Positions 49,220-62,500 of a stretch of DNA of 64,000 nucleotides are shown piece after piece (the first letter of the stretch is position 1; the number at the start of each line of letters is the position of its first letter). Origin of the DNA: Paecilomyces variotii. Taxonomy: Eukaryota. The notes under the pieces are model-generated. The model was not told the DNA's origin. It searched no databases and saw only the letters and a list, made by a program, of their open reading frames with translations. The stretch is taken from the NCBI GenBank assembly GCA_004022145.1, contig RCNU01000001.1; one strand, 5' to 3'. A program made the position numbers and the translations under genes.

Positions 49220-50984
49220 TCACACCGGATCAGTCATGAGGTTCTTCTTTGCATTCGAAGTCCGATCTGATAGCGGATCAGTTGTTAAGCGCCTCTCTTC
49301 ACTAACAGGTCCTGTAGTGCCGCCAGGCTGGTTGGAGAGGAGTATCTTCGATTTCCTGATGATATCTGGAAGGAAAAATCCCCCTTTAACAGTGTCGCAT
49401 GGCCCAATCGGTGTGGATTTCTCTGATGCAGGCCAGTTCCTAATGACCCGAGCATAGTTCTGAAAAAGAATAGGTTTAACGTCCTTCTGTGTAGGTGTAC
49501 CAAGGCAAAGAACGCTGCCTGAAAATCCTGTTGCATCATCGCCGTCGGCTTCTGATCTCCATAGTAGACTGATCGTAGGATTTCCGATTTCATTTTCCCA
49601 CAAATATTTCGTTCCTTCAATTACCGCAAGACGAACAGCTTCAGTCGCAACAGTCCCCTTCATTATTTTCCATTTATCATATTGAAGGAAGAGGGACGCT
49701 TCAAAGACGGGCTCTCCCTCAAGAGCATCGTCGTATTCAGCCCATACTGGGGCCATATGAATCCCTGGTGGAGCAAATACATCAGGAAGATGAGGTGCCG
49801 TTACCAATGACAAGTCATGCTTATATCCGGCAGGGTAAGGGACGTGCTCGCTTGGGTTGTCGAAGGTTGTTGTTATATGACCTATCTTTTTTGCGAAAGC
49901 TAGTTAGCCTTGCTATAAAAGAGCATCCAAATGCAAAAATACCATAGTTTTCGTTCCCGCAGAATATACCACCTTCCCGAGGGGCGAATTCTTCATTTTC
50001 TTTGTGGTGTGTACATCAGCACGTGCTATCGAAGGTGAAGGGTTGGATCTGAATCCCATAAGTGAGCGTTTGATGCGCTTATATCTGTCCGCCACAAAAA
50101 CCGAGATCGGGCCAGGTTTAGGTCGTTTTACAAACCCGTGTGTAACAGTCGTGATACATTCAATGCCACCAGGTAGCCTGATCTTTAAACCCAGTTGCGA
50201 GTGTGCGATGTAGCTGTCAGGCTCCGGACTCACTGGCTCTCCTGCCTGTAAAGTAGCATGGCAGGGATTATCTTCAATGGTCATATGGCCGACAGATAAC
50301 CCGCCAATAGCCCGCGCACCACCCTCAGCCCACGCCTTCTTCATGTCCTTCTTTGTTTTGAAAATGTATATGGCCCATCCGCAAACTAGAATCTCAACAC
50401 CAATGGCTCGGACATGGACTTTGCGAATCAATTCCAGGTCTTCCGGGGTAAGAATCCGGCGTGGATTAAGCTCTTTCCTGAAAGGGTCGCATCGTTCTGG
50501 GATCCCAATAGGGATTTCACTTAGATCCAAACTAACAGCAGGAAGTATGTGGATTTCTCTATCTCCGGCGCGTAGCCCCAGTTTACGACTATTCGATGTT
50601 GGTAAAATTACCCACATCGACTTGCGACTGTGATTCTCCACCATAACGTAGACGAGTGGCTCGTTCGCGAGCGAGGGGTGGTGCGTTCTGAAAAGCTGTT
50701 CATTAAGCCTTGTGACTCTGGGTTCGACGATTGCCCGAGCGGCTGCAAGATCAGGATTTCCCCAGATTCCTGATGATGTATCTATAGAATATCAGAGAGG
50801 TGCCTTAATGGGGACAGAATGCCATACACTCCACTCGGTAGTGAGTTCCACCGTATCTGAACGACGGTACCTGCAGCCCCTGGTGTTCCTTTCCTCCTTC
50901 TCTAGGACCCAGTCTGAAGTATCCTGTGCTGTTGACCCTCTTCAGGCCATGTCGAGACCTGACTGAGGAAGCTGGCTCAGACAT
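49220..50984 (-). CDS. Hypothetical protein with a divergent trypsin-like serine-protease triad, 3 exons
   Basis: ATG at 50984 with GT-AG introns at ~50783-50826 and ~49883-49942 giving a continuous frame. Motifs ITTVTHGF, HDLSL and GFSGSVL. Confidence 0.7.
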
Positions 50985-51176
50985 TTCAACGACTAGAGCC
51001 GGCTGTTAAAACCAAGCAAAGGAGTAAGATCTCGGCAGAGATGGAGTGAACGTGTACTGGAGAAAGTGAGAGTAAACTAAACAGAAGACAAAATCAAAAA
51101 GATCAAGATCTCGGACAGTAATGACATAAAGTTACTGCCAGAGAACGTGAGGACAACCGAGATAAGGAGAAGATAA

Positions 51177-51270
51177 AGATCCGACGTAGTCCAGGATCAG
51201 GAAAGTAAAGGTAGATCCGACGTAGTCCAGGATCAGGAAAGTAAGGGTAGATCCGACATAGTCCAGGATC
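51177..51270. repeat. 36-bp tandem repeat, ~2.6 copies
   Basis: AGATCCGACGTAGTCCAGGATCAGGAAAGTAA(A/G)GGT starts at 51177, 51213 and 51249 (partial). Confidence 0.9.
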
Positions 51271-52072
51271 TGTGGGATGTGATGATCAAAGGGGATTAGA
51301 AGGGAAGAGATGGAAGGTGTGATGAGTGTGGAAATCACTTTAACACAACAAGAGAGGAGCTAGTTAGTAGGGTTGCTGGTCAATTAATGATCAACAAAAG
51401 AACAGAAAGATTGACATTTACCTAGGCAGCGACAGAATACATCGCCATTAGGGAAAGTAGTAGTTAAGCTGTACTACTGTAGCTGCCTAGGGTACCTGGC
51501 TTGCGATGACTGCGATGCCAAACTGAAGCAGTGCTGAGCATTTTTGATGAAATCGCGAAGTCTAAACTCTGTTTTTTTCTCAATTGGGTCTGATTTAATC
51601 TCTGTAATTCCTGTGTTGATCTGTTAATTGCATTTCAGGCATAAGCATAGTAATAATTCTGTTGCTGTATTATTATTATTGACATACCTAAGTAGTACTC
51701 CATTATCGTGACGTTCGCACAGCCAATCCGGAAAGGTTCCCAGAGGGAGGAGAGATGTCGCTAAGCCAGAAAGAGCGGGCGCGACTTCGGCATCGATCAA
51801 GCGTAGTTTTTGCATTCATTATTACTTTGCCTCTCAATAACTCCCATATTGTCCCCTTCGGCAAGGACCTTTTGTTTGCATTCACTCCTTTTTGCCGTCA
51901 GCCGGTTCTTGTTCGTGTCGGTGATCATCTGTGCTTGGAAGGGTTTTCTGGGGAACTTGCATCTTCGTTTCCCGAAGGAGCACCGCGAGATTCCCGAACA
52001 GACACATCGCCCCTCATTTTAGCTACGGAACCTATCTCTTCAGCGTTCGACTTCCCTTGTCAGACCGTCGCC

Positions 52073-52944
52073 ATGGCTACTGAAGGAAACGAGGTTAAGG
52101 ATGAGCGTCCGGAGATGCATGAGGAAGGAGGCGATGACGAGGTACGTTTTTCAAGCTTCCTGGGAGGAGCTCCAACCAGCCACCTTGCGCGCAGCTCAGC
52201 AACCATGCCATGACATGACTTGTTCTCAAGCGCGATCTGTTCTTTTTGGACTGTAATGATGAGACTAACCTATGCCTGTTACAGGAAGAAATTGCGGCGA
52301 TGAAGAAGCGCGTAGCAGAGATGGAGTCGGAAGCAGCCAAGTTGCGGGAGATGCAGGCTACTCTCGACCAGCAGTCGGAGAGCTTGCGCGAGGACAAGGA
52401 GGACATCGATGCCCGAAGTATCTTCGTTGGAAACGTGGATTATGGCGCTTCGCCGGAGGAGATCCAGGCCCATTTCCAGAGCTGCGGCTCGATAAACCGT
52501 GTCACGATCCTGCTGGACAAATTCACGGGACACCCCAAAGGGTACGTTGTTGGTTGTGGTTCCTATGGATGGTTCTACATCTTTCTGGCTGGATGGTTCA
52601 CGTCTGATGCTAATGGATGGCTGCAGATATGCATATGTTGAATTCAGCGAGCCGAGTCTTGTGGCACAAGCATTGGTTCTCAACGAGAGTCTCTTCCGTG
52701 GACGGAACTTGAAGGTAAGAAGTCAACCCCCTCTTTGGGGTCATCTTCTCGATCTTCAGGAAGTTATGATACTAACGTTACTTCTAAACAGGTTGTCCCC
52801 AAGCGCACCAATCTGCCTGGCATGAGCCGCGGACGTGGGCGAGGAGGCCCGCGAGGACGAGGCGGCCGCGGCGGGTTCCCGCCTCGCGGTGGATACCGTG
52901 GCGGAGGTTATCGTGGTCGCGGACGAGGATATGCACCATACTGA
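52073..52944 (+). CDS. PAB2: Nuclear poly(A)-binding protein 2 (PABPN1/Pab2/Sgn1-like), 4 exons
   Basis: Coiled coil [29 protein letters not shown]...[19 protein letters not shown] and an RGG tail ending GYAPY*. Confidence 0.93.
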
Positions 52945-54185
52945 TGACATGTCGTGAATGGCGATATAATTTTTGCGCAATTTGAAAAGGATTTATCCGA
53001 TGAGGGCAGAGACAGGACCGTGGGACGCATCAGCCAGGGCAGTTCCACACTCGACGGGATCTGTCACTTTGCAAAAAAGGGCTGAGGATTGCTTCGGAGT
53101 TGGGAGAACAGGCATGTATGATACTCGAGCAACAGAACTGGGACCATAAAAAAAACGGGCGGACCATAGGGAGCTTCACTGCGACTTTCTGCGACATCAG
53201 TACGATTGAGCCTTTTTGGTTTAGTTTTTGTGATTATTTACACATTGGAAATGGCATTGTTCATATTTTTGGGTCCCCTAATTGCAGCCTGTCTGGGTCT
53301 TATTCTTGTTTTTCTAGAATCCCCGTGGCTGAGTCCGAGGTATATAAGCAAGTGTCATCGAATGCAGTGGCTGATGGGCCATGTGGATGAACCGCTAACG
53401 CCAGAACGGGCGGAGAAAGCATGAAGCACGGCCTGGACTTGCTGATTGCGTCGTCTCACGAAGGGGAGCCTCCGGATATGCCGATTGCCCATCGCGAACT
53501 AGAGTAGAGTACCAAGTATTTCGTTGTGCGGTCACCAACTGGCTCCTATCCTCTGCTTGGTCAACCGTGCTCTTTCTTTCTTCCCTTCCACCCTGGCTCT
53601 CATTGAATGAAATCGCATCGAACGTTGTGCTGCCAACCTACAGTGATCCTGGAGCACGCGGGGTTTCCATCCTGGGACTCTGATCCATAGCGGCCGAAGC
53701 GAGCGGGCCAGAGGGGGGAACGAGGCAGAAGACGTCTGAAGAGCGAACCCGGACGGCCACTCACCCATCGTTCGACCGCCATCAGGGAAAAAAAAGTATT
53801 CTTCGTGTTCTCTCTTCTCTTTCTTTTGCTTTTTTTTGCCACGGAGCAGAGACGAACAAAAAGAACGATCGTTCTGGTTGAAAGGGCCTACTTAGAGTAA
53901 GCTGCCTGTGCCCCCGGCCAGCCCCTCGCCCAGAAAGGTCGATTGGCCCAGCGGCGTCACGTCAAGACTGCTCAGCCCCAATTCCAGGTTTACTCCAACC
54001 ATTATCGCCCGCCTGAACAACATCCTTCGAACAGACGACCCTATTTACTCTCCCGCGGAGTGTCCTGTTTCCTGTTTCTGCGGTCGGAAAGTGAATGCGC
54101 AAGGCCGCATCTTTCTAGTCGGCTTGCTTTGACTGGCCTTGAACGCCCGACTCGGTCGCGGTGTCTCGCGAGCATTCGCTGCAGA

Positions 54186-57100
54186 ATGGGTTCGAATCTA
54201 CCAGCGTAAGTGATACCATCGATCATCATGGTCTCTCTCATCCAGTTCTTCCATACTGGCATGTCAATCTGCTTGATCACGCAATCAATACTGACGGTTA
54301 TCATAGCCAGCCAAATCTGAGGGTTACAAGTGAGCAACCTACTACTCCGACAAACTAGATCTGCGAACCGCTGGACAAGATGCTGACTCCGGAATACTAG
54401 TTATCGCGGCGGATGGATTATACAAGCGAGATGTCTTTCGTAAGTATTAACTTCGATCATCGCAAAGGTGTTACGTTCCATGACTGACGATGGTTGATAT
54501 GTTGCAGGTTTTCCGGATCCATTCGCTGTGGCCACCGTCGGCGGTGAGCAGACCCATACCACCTCGGTGATTAAGAAAACGTTGAATCCATACTGGAATG
54601 AGATGTTTGATCTGTACGGAATCTCCCACCCGCGATATAATTTTTACGTTCGTTTCGGTGTCTGACTACCGGGTTCCCCAGGAGAGTCAATGAGGATAGT
54701 ATACTAGCGATCCAGATCTTCGATCAGAAGAAGTTCAAGAAGAAGGACCAGGGTTTCCTAGGCGTCATCAACGTTCGCATTGGAGATGTGATCGATTTGC
54801 AGATGGGTGGCGATGGTGAGTTCCAACTGGTTTTGTTTTCCTTGATGGTCGGGGTAATAAAGAGTCATGGCTGACAACTGTGGCTTTCACTCTTCTATAG
54901 AGATGCTTACCCGCGATCTGAAGAAGTCAAATGACAATCTGGTCGTGCATGGAAAGCTCATCATCAACCTGTCTACGAACCTCAGCACACCAAATACCAC
55001 GAGTCAGAACAGGACGCAGAATCGCGCATCGTCAACCGGACTTGTCCCGCAGCCAGCTCTCCCCCACTCCGAGTCGTCTACCGCAGCTGCTTCCACCGCG
55101 AGTACTCCACGACCTCCAGCTTCTTCTACTCGACCGACCAGCATTGTGGCCCCTGTCAACGGCACCGCGGCGCAGCCTAATGGACACGCTTCCTCTCGCA
55201 CGAACCTGAGCTCCTTCGAAGATAGCCAGGGCAGACTTCCTGCTGGATGGGAAAGACGCGAGGATAATTTGGGGAGGACGTACTATGTCGACCATAACAC
55301 GAGGACAACCACCTGGACGAGACCGTCGGCAAACTATAATGAACACACTCAACGAACCCAGCGGGAGGCCAGTATGCAGATGGAACGGAGAGCCCACCAA
55401 AGCCGGATGCTACCGGAGGATCGTACAGGTGCCAACTCTCCCAGCTCAGCAGAAGCTCACCAAACGCACACGCCACCAAGCGGTAGCAATGCCAATGCTG
55501 TTTCTATGATGGCAACTGGTGCGACTACGGCCGGTACCGGTGAGCTTCCTGCTGGATGGGAGCAGCGTACAACGCCGGAAGGACGACCATATTTCGTCGA
55601 CCACAACACTCGCACGACGACGTGGGTTGATCCCCGTCGACAACAGTACATCCGCATGTACGGCCAGAACGCAAACGGCACCAACACCACAATTCAGCAG
55701 CAGCCAGTATCCCAGCTGGGTCCTCTACCAAGTGGATGGGAGATGCGGTTGACGAACACAGCACGCGTCTATTTTGTTGACCACAATACCAAGACGACGA
55801 CTTGGGATGACCCCCGGTTGCCGTCATCCTTGGACCAGGGCGTGCCGCAGTACAAGCGTGACTTCCGGCGTAAATTGATCTACTTCAGATCGCAGCCCGC
55901 TCTGAGGATCATGTCTGGACAGTGCCATGTCAAGGTCCGCCGATCAAACATTTTCGAGGATTCGTATGCCGAGATCATGCGTCAGAGTGCATCCGATCTC
56001 AAAAAGCGGCTCATGATCAAGTTCGACGGAGAGGACGGTCTGGATTATGGTGGTCTCTCTCGGTATGTAGACCTCAAAACACACTTGTTCCGATGTCAAT
56101 CTGGAATGCTAACCTTTATCCTAGTGAATTCTTCTTCCTTCTTTCTCACGAAATGTTCAACCCTTTCTATTGTCTATTCGAATATTCCGCGCACGATAAT
56201 TACACCCTGCAAATTAATCCTCACTCCGGCGTTAATCCCGAACATTTGAATTATTTCAAATTTATTGGCCGCGTTGTCGGTCTCGCCATCTTTCATCGTC
56301 GTTTCCTCGACTCTTTCTTCATTGGAGCATTCTACAAGATGATGCTGAGGAAGAAGGTCACCCTCCAGGATATGGAAGGTGTCGATGAAGACTTGCACCG
56401 TAATTTGACGTGGACTCTGTAAGTGAACATACTACGAGACGCACAATCGTTATCGAAAACTTTACTGACAAGACCATAGGGAGAACGATATCGAAGGCAT
56501 TGTGGAGCTGACATTCTCCGTTGACGATGAGCGATTCGGAGAGCGTCATACGGTTGATTTGATACCCGGTGGCCGGGACATCCCCGTCACCAATGAAAAT
56601 AAAGCGCAATATGTTGAGTACGTGTCAAATAGCCTGTCTCGCTGTTTTCCTCGGTTCGTTCTAACTCTCGATAGGCTAGTGACGGAGTGGAAGATTCAGA
56701 AGCGTGTTGAGGAGCAGTTTAATGCGTTCATCTCCGGCTTCAACGAACTGATTCCTCAGGACCTGGTCAACGTTTTCGATGAGCGAGAATTGGAGTTGCT
56801 CATTGGCGGTATCGCTGATATCGATGTCGAGGACTGGAAGAAGCACACTGACTACCGAGGCTATCAAGAGTCAGACGAGGTTATCCAGAACTTCTGGAAG
56901 GTCATTCGCGGCTGGGATGCGGAACAGAAGTCCCGCTTGCTCCAGTTTGCCACTGGTACATCTCGTATTCCAGTCAACGGTTTCAAGGATCTCCAGGGTT
57001 CCGATGGTCCCAGAAGGTTCACGATCGAGAAGTCTGGCGATCCGAATGCGTTGCCCAAATCTCATACTTGGTATGTTTCGTATCTATCCCCGTGCGAAGT

Positions 57101-57221
57101 GAAGACTAACCGTGTTTGTAGCTTCAACCGTCTTGATCTTCCGCCGTACAAGACATTCGAGGCTCTTGATCAGAAGCTCTCGATTGCGGTCGAGGAAACA
57201 GTAGGATTCGGTCAGGAGTAG
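54186..57221 (+). CDS. RSP5: NEDD4-family HECT E3 ubiquitin ligase (C2, 3 WW, HECT)
   Basis: MGSNLPA|QPNLRVT|...[10 protein letters not shown] (C2), three WW domains (LPAGWE...[11 protein letters not shown]) and HECT motifs [13 protein letters not shown] and LPKSHTCFNRLDLP; ends GFGQE*. Confidence 0.98.
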
Positions 57222-57999
57222 AGCAAGACGATCCGACGCAGGGATGCGCTCATGTTTGTGTTTACTTGGGGTGTTATATCGGTCACCGTATAGTGGACTG
57301 GCAATCTAGCACGGGCATCTGTTGACCCTTTTCCTTTCTGGTGGTGTTTGCTATGTTGCAGTCGGTCTTGTCGACCCGACTTCTAGGATCAAGTGCGACT
57401 CTTCAAGAGAAGTCAGTTCCATTACTTTACTATTCGAAGGCCGTGTCTTTGACGTTGCGTGCGGATAGCAAAAGATACTGTCTTTTTTCTTTCTCTTTTT
57501 TGCACATGCGGTTTTTCCCTTCTTCCGTTTGTATATCTGTACAATTCTACCGGTCAGAGGCCTTTATGATCTTGTTTTACTCGCAAACGATGCTGCTGGT
57601 CGTTATCCAGCGACTGCGCTTTTCAAGTCGTTATGGGGCGCACTGTTGATACTGTTGATATTTAGTCGAGCATATCTATCTGATAATCAATCTACGTCAT
57701 GGAGGCTTTTCGTTATCGTCAAAATCACTCATTTCTCAACACAGAGAAAGTCGTACTGTCCAGCACTCAATGGACAATAAATACTAATACTATGGTAGTA
57801 ACATATGCCCGATGTTTTTAGATTCCTAGATATAACTATACCAGGCAACAATTTTTCCAATGTTGCCTATCAAGAGAGGACACATACGTCTTCATCACAT
57901 AGTTACGGCTATGTATGTAAATACCCCCTCCCCCTCCTATTCGAAATAACATCTTCCCTTCCCGAACCAAACAACATCCAACAGACCACCACCTCCAAA

Positions 58000-58755
58000 A
58001 TGCCACTCCAAGATATCCCCGAGATGATCCTTCTCTGCCGTGAGAAGAAATTCATCACCGCATTCAACGACGCCCTCCCCAAGTACTGGCCTTCATACTC
58101 CACAACCAACTCAACTACAACATCCACGCCCCCAATCCGAATAACAATCCTCAACGAATCCCTCAACACCATCCCTCAAGGGACGAAATTCGACCTCATC
58201 GTCTCCCCGGCCAACTCCTACGGCCGGCTGGATGGCGCCTTTGACGACGCCATATCGCGCAAATTCTGCCTCTCGCAGAAACAACCATACGATATGCTCA
58301 CACATGCTGCGCAAAAAGTTCTATATGAGAAATGGAGAGGGTTCGCGCCACCAGGGACGTGCACTTTAGTTCCCTTTCCGGACGAGTTGAAGGGGAATGA
58401 ATTCGGATGTGCATGGATAGGACTGTGTCCGACAATGAGGTTACCGACTAATGTCAAGTGGGATAAGGAGGTTGTTTATGAATGTGTTTGGAGCCTGATG
58501 GGGGTGGTGGAGGGGTGGAATCGAGATCATGATCACAATCGACGATCGTCTGGTGGGGAGAAGATCGAGAGGATTCTAATCACGCCTCTAGCGACGGGCG
58601 TGGGGAAAGTGAGTCCGGAGAAATGGGCGGCGCAGTTCGTGTTGGCGATGAAGCATTTTGTGGATGCGCTCGAGAGGCCTGAGAGGTGGAGTAAGTTGGA
58701 TTGGGGACAGATAGGAGATACGGCAATGGAGGTGGAGAGGACGTGGAATTTGTGA
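58000..58755 (+). CDS. Macro-domain-like protein (ADP-ribose-binding/processing fold)
   Basis: FDLIVSPANSYGRLDGAFDDAISR, CPTMRLP and ILITPLATGVG motifs. Likely start ATG 58000 in AAAATG context. Confidence 0.85.
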   Translation: MPLQDIPEMILLCREKKFITAFNDALPKYWPSYSTTNSTTTSTPPIRITILNESLNTIPQGTKFDLIVSPANSYGRLDGAFDDAISRKFCLSQKQPYDMLTHAAQKVLYEKWRGFAPPGTCTLVPFPDELKGNEFGCAWIGLCPTMRLPTNVKWDKEVVYECVWSLMGVVEGWNRDHDHNRRSSGGEKIERILITPLATGVGKVSPEKWAAQFVLAMKHFVDALERPERWSKLDWGQIGDTAMEVERTWNL

Positions 58756-61700
58756 GGCTATTGAGTAACTACTCTTCAGTAAATTGATGGGAAGGTATTG
58801 TTTAATGGTTTAATGCTTTTCCTTAGGCATATAATGTATGAAAATTTCTGATACTAATGCGTCTATACATGTTTGTTCCACGATCTTGCTTTTGGTATGA
58901 TTTCCCGTCATCATTTGGAGAACCCCCAGTAATGTAATAGTTTCTTGTTTTGTCTCTTGGTTTTTGATATGTTGTTGGAAAAGATAGACGGACAAACCAT
59001 GACATAGCGGCCGGAAAGCAACTACTGCTACTGCGTCTGAAAGAGAAAACCGTAGATGATCCCCATTGTGTCGCCGTCTATATGGTTCTATGAGATAGTC
59101 AGATGGCATATCATTCTTTTGTACGTACCTCAGTTGCGTCAAGTCAGATCAGATACTATTTGGTTATGTTGCTGGTAGACCGAAAGAAGGAGTTTCGAGA
59201 CATGACAGAGTTCTAACTCAGCAGCTTCGTTTTGTCAATGTCATCCTGGTTCGATAAAATCTAGGAAAAGAAAAGGAAGATTCAATCGTGAAGAGAAAGA
59301 TATATACCAAACCTGGGTCTTGAGAAGCCAGGATTTCATGTAGCCTTTTCCATCGTCGTACTCCACTCTTCAGTTCCGACGGGCCCGTTTAAATACTAAG
59401 GTCTGTCTGTATACTGACCACGTGCTGTGACCGTAGATATCTTTATGATTGCTCGTACATCCGCGAACGAGACAGTGTTTAGCATTAAGGGTATGATTCT
59501 ACGAACATTGTGCGCTTTAGCCATCTACCTAGTGCAGAATCTGTCTGTTCGTGCAATGAAGCGGATATATCCCGGGTTGGTTATTCCGCAAAGAGGATTA
59601 ACGCCAGGATATAGGTGGAGGCCTTTAGGGTCCCAGAGGTAGATTGCTATATGGTGGATAACGAAAAAGGATATTGAGAGAAAGAATGAGGATAAGAAAT
59701 GCGATAAGTACGATCATCCCGTTGTTAGATTGAACAAGTTGACCGTTATTAAGAGATAATTATGCAAAAAAAGAATCTGAAAGCTTTTGGGGAAGACGCC
59801 ATCTTTGGTTACATGAGCCAACAATATTTGGAACACTTAAAATTCCGTGTATAAAGGAATGATAAGATAAAACTATATCCAGACAGAGTTTCCCGACGGA
59901 GACACTGGCGTGGAAATCTCAACATGAACACATAACAGCTTCCAATTTACATATATTGTATCGAGTGGTCGGATGAAATTAGCATTCTATCCCGCGGTGG
60001 TCCATCTTGCATATCTTGTTCATAGAAAGGGAAGTGATGGTACAAGATCAGAACTCCGTCTAGCCTCTATAACACGGGGGGGGCATCTCTTGGCTAGCCA
60101 ACGTAACGCTTGAATTTCCATTGTTATTTGAGCGTCTGTTAGTATGTAGAAACTCGTCTGTTTGAGTTAATTTATAATCATAGAGAGCCATCTATATATT
60201 CAGTCGCGACCCAGGTTCCATCAAACACTGAATCCTCAATAGTGATGTTTACTGTCCACATTTGGCAACGCTGCTATTTTGAATGAGATAAATGCGAATC
60301 CCGCGGCTCGAAATGGAATATACTACTGGCTGTCCCTAATAATAATAATCATGACCAGTTCAGTTCAGACCCCGTAGTCCCGTATCCTACTCTAGAATCA
60401 AAAGGATGCTCCCCCCGCCAGGAGCTCGGTAAGATCCACTGTCGAACGTTCCAGCAGATCGGCGTAAAGTTAATGCTGGATAGATTGTCCTGCTTTCTTC
60501 CTTTGCCATTCAGCGCGGTTATCGCCGCGCAGGGACGCATAGTTACATGCAACTCATTCTGAACTCTGCGATATTGAGGGATAATCTGCTGGCTAAGCTT
60601 TTGGGCGGGAAGACCGCTATATTATTCCCGTCTTCGGAATGTCGGGAAGCGATCACCAGTACTCTACATGCCACCGGTTTCCTTGCCTACTACCTAGTTA
60701 ACCAGTTCGTTAATTACTCCTCCCGGACTCCTATATTCAAGCGCGGTACAGCATCGATGAAAGTCGATTTTCTGACTGGAAGCTTCGAGACATCAATTCT
60801 GGCCAGGACTTGTGATCGACTGCGGTTTTCAATGGCAGATAGTATTCGGTGTGGACCTTGGCTACTTACCCCATACGCTATTTTGGCGTCTGCCACGGCG
60901 CGCTAGATGGCCTCTTCTTACGGTCTGACCTCTAGCAGTCAAAGAAGCGAAGCGGAGTGTGTCAGTGCTGGCCAAGCTCACTCCCACTGGTACAGTTCTC
61001 GACCGTCAGCTCCGGATCAGCAGGATCGCTGGTCCTACGGCAAGGGGCTTTGACCAGCTGTATTTGGAGATCCTCACCCGGAACACTGAGAGACGCGATC
61101 TTCACAACACGGCGCGGTATACTCATGTATCTTGCCGTATGTTTTATATGAGTAACGTGATAGTTCAACTCTCAGAAAAGATGATTGACAAAACTCATAT
61201 GCTCTTTCATCGATCCTCTGGTCGTGGTCCGTGATGTATTTTTGCGGCTTGGGGTGTTCCCCGGCGTGGCGTGCGCTATGTCCTCGAAATAGCATCGCCC
61301 TGACACCGAGCAATTCTGCAACCTGGACAATGAAGGAACAGAACGCTGCGGAGCCTGAAGGCCCGAGGAGCTATGGTCAGCTATGGTCTCAAAATGGATC
61401 AGCCGGGCTTTGTTGATAGTTCTATGGGCCGACCTTGCGGATGCCATTGGCTGAGTGTTGTGTATGTTTACTCCAGATTCCGATGTCCTTGAACATTCTT
61501 GGTCTCTATGCTACAGCCGGGATCTTTCCACGGCGGGACCAGGATGTGACCTGTACGGGGAACTCTCAGCATTCTTAATTGACCATCTTCTCCCTGCTTC
61601 TTTCTCTCCTGATCATCTTCTTGTGCATTCAGTTTGCTTTCTCGTGCCTGTTTTTGCCTGTTGCAGAGTTACAGTTCTTCGTCTCTCGTTGAGCAGAAGA

Positions 61701-61770
61701 CCATCTCTTTTATACACTCTCGTTAACTACTCACGCATATCAATTTAATCACGCTTCTGCTCTAGCGAAA

Positions 61771-62500
61771 ATGCGTTTCTTCACGGCTGCTGCTGCTTTC
61801 CTCTCTGTCTCTGCCGGCCTCGTTGCTGCGCAGGACACCACTACTGCCGCTGCAGCTCAGTCAACTTCGAGCTCTTCGTCGTACCAGTGTGACGCTCAGA
61901 AGTAGGTTTACATTGCCTTCCTCCTTGAGTGAACGGTAGAGCTGACCGCAATTGTGTGATTCTAACAGCATCGTGGACGCTTGTCTCAAGTCTACTACGC
62001 CGCAGCTGAAGGCCTGCGAGTCCACGGACTGGCAATGTCTGTGTGATCAGAGCACCAACGTCTTGACGTAAGATACCCCTTCATTCATACTGTGGACGGG
62101 GATACCTTTATCTTCGGTCTCATTCAGTTGATGTGGACTGACGTATTATCCTTCCAACAGCTGCTACAACAACTGCCCTGGTGACCCAGACCAGTTCGGT
62201 GCTCAGCAGACCAAGGAGTCGTACTGTAACGCCGCCAAGGCGTACGGCACCAGCAGCAGTACCAGCGCCAGCAAGACTCCTGGCGCATCTGCCACACATG
62301 CTTCATCGACTGGTGCCACTGTTGCTCAGGTGACCAGCAGCGTTGACGGTTCCAACGCAGAGGCTACCGGCACCTCGACTAGCACCGGCTCTTTCTCTTC
62401 CTCTACCTCTGAGTCTTCCAAGAACGCCGCTTCCGGACTGACAGTTGAGGCTGGCAGCCTGGCTGCTGCTGTGCTTATTGGCCTTGGCGCTATGCTGTAA
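61771..62500 (+). CDS. GPI-anchored Ser/Thr-rich cell-surface protein with a Cys-rich domain, 3 exons
   Basis: Signal peptide MRFFTAAAAFLSVSAGLVAA; CDAQN|IVDACL...DWQCLCDQSTNVLT|CYNNCP...YCNAA; S/T-rich stalk; hydrophobic GPI tail (KNAASGL...LAAAVLIGLGAML*). Confidence 0.92.

Noticed and set aside
51500-51600. Possible C/D-box snoRNA (GATGA/CTGA words)
   Set aside because: No clean RUGAUGA box C with a terminal stem, and no identifiable rRNA guide.
57805-57999. 65-codon upstream in-frame extension of the macro-domain ORF
   Set aside because: AT-rich, promoter-like sequence with no targeting motif; ATG 58000 has the better context.
59150-61700. Long intergenic stretch with protein-like fragments, e.g. 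minus-strand LYADLLERSTVDLTELLAGG near 60410-60470 and ORFs 60547-60906 and 60959-61234
   Set aside because: No recognisable family motif or coherent exon chain. It may be a decayed gene, but that cannot be supported without a search.
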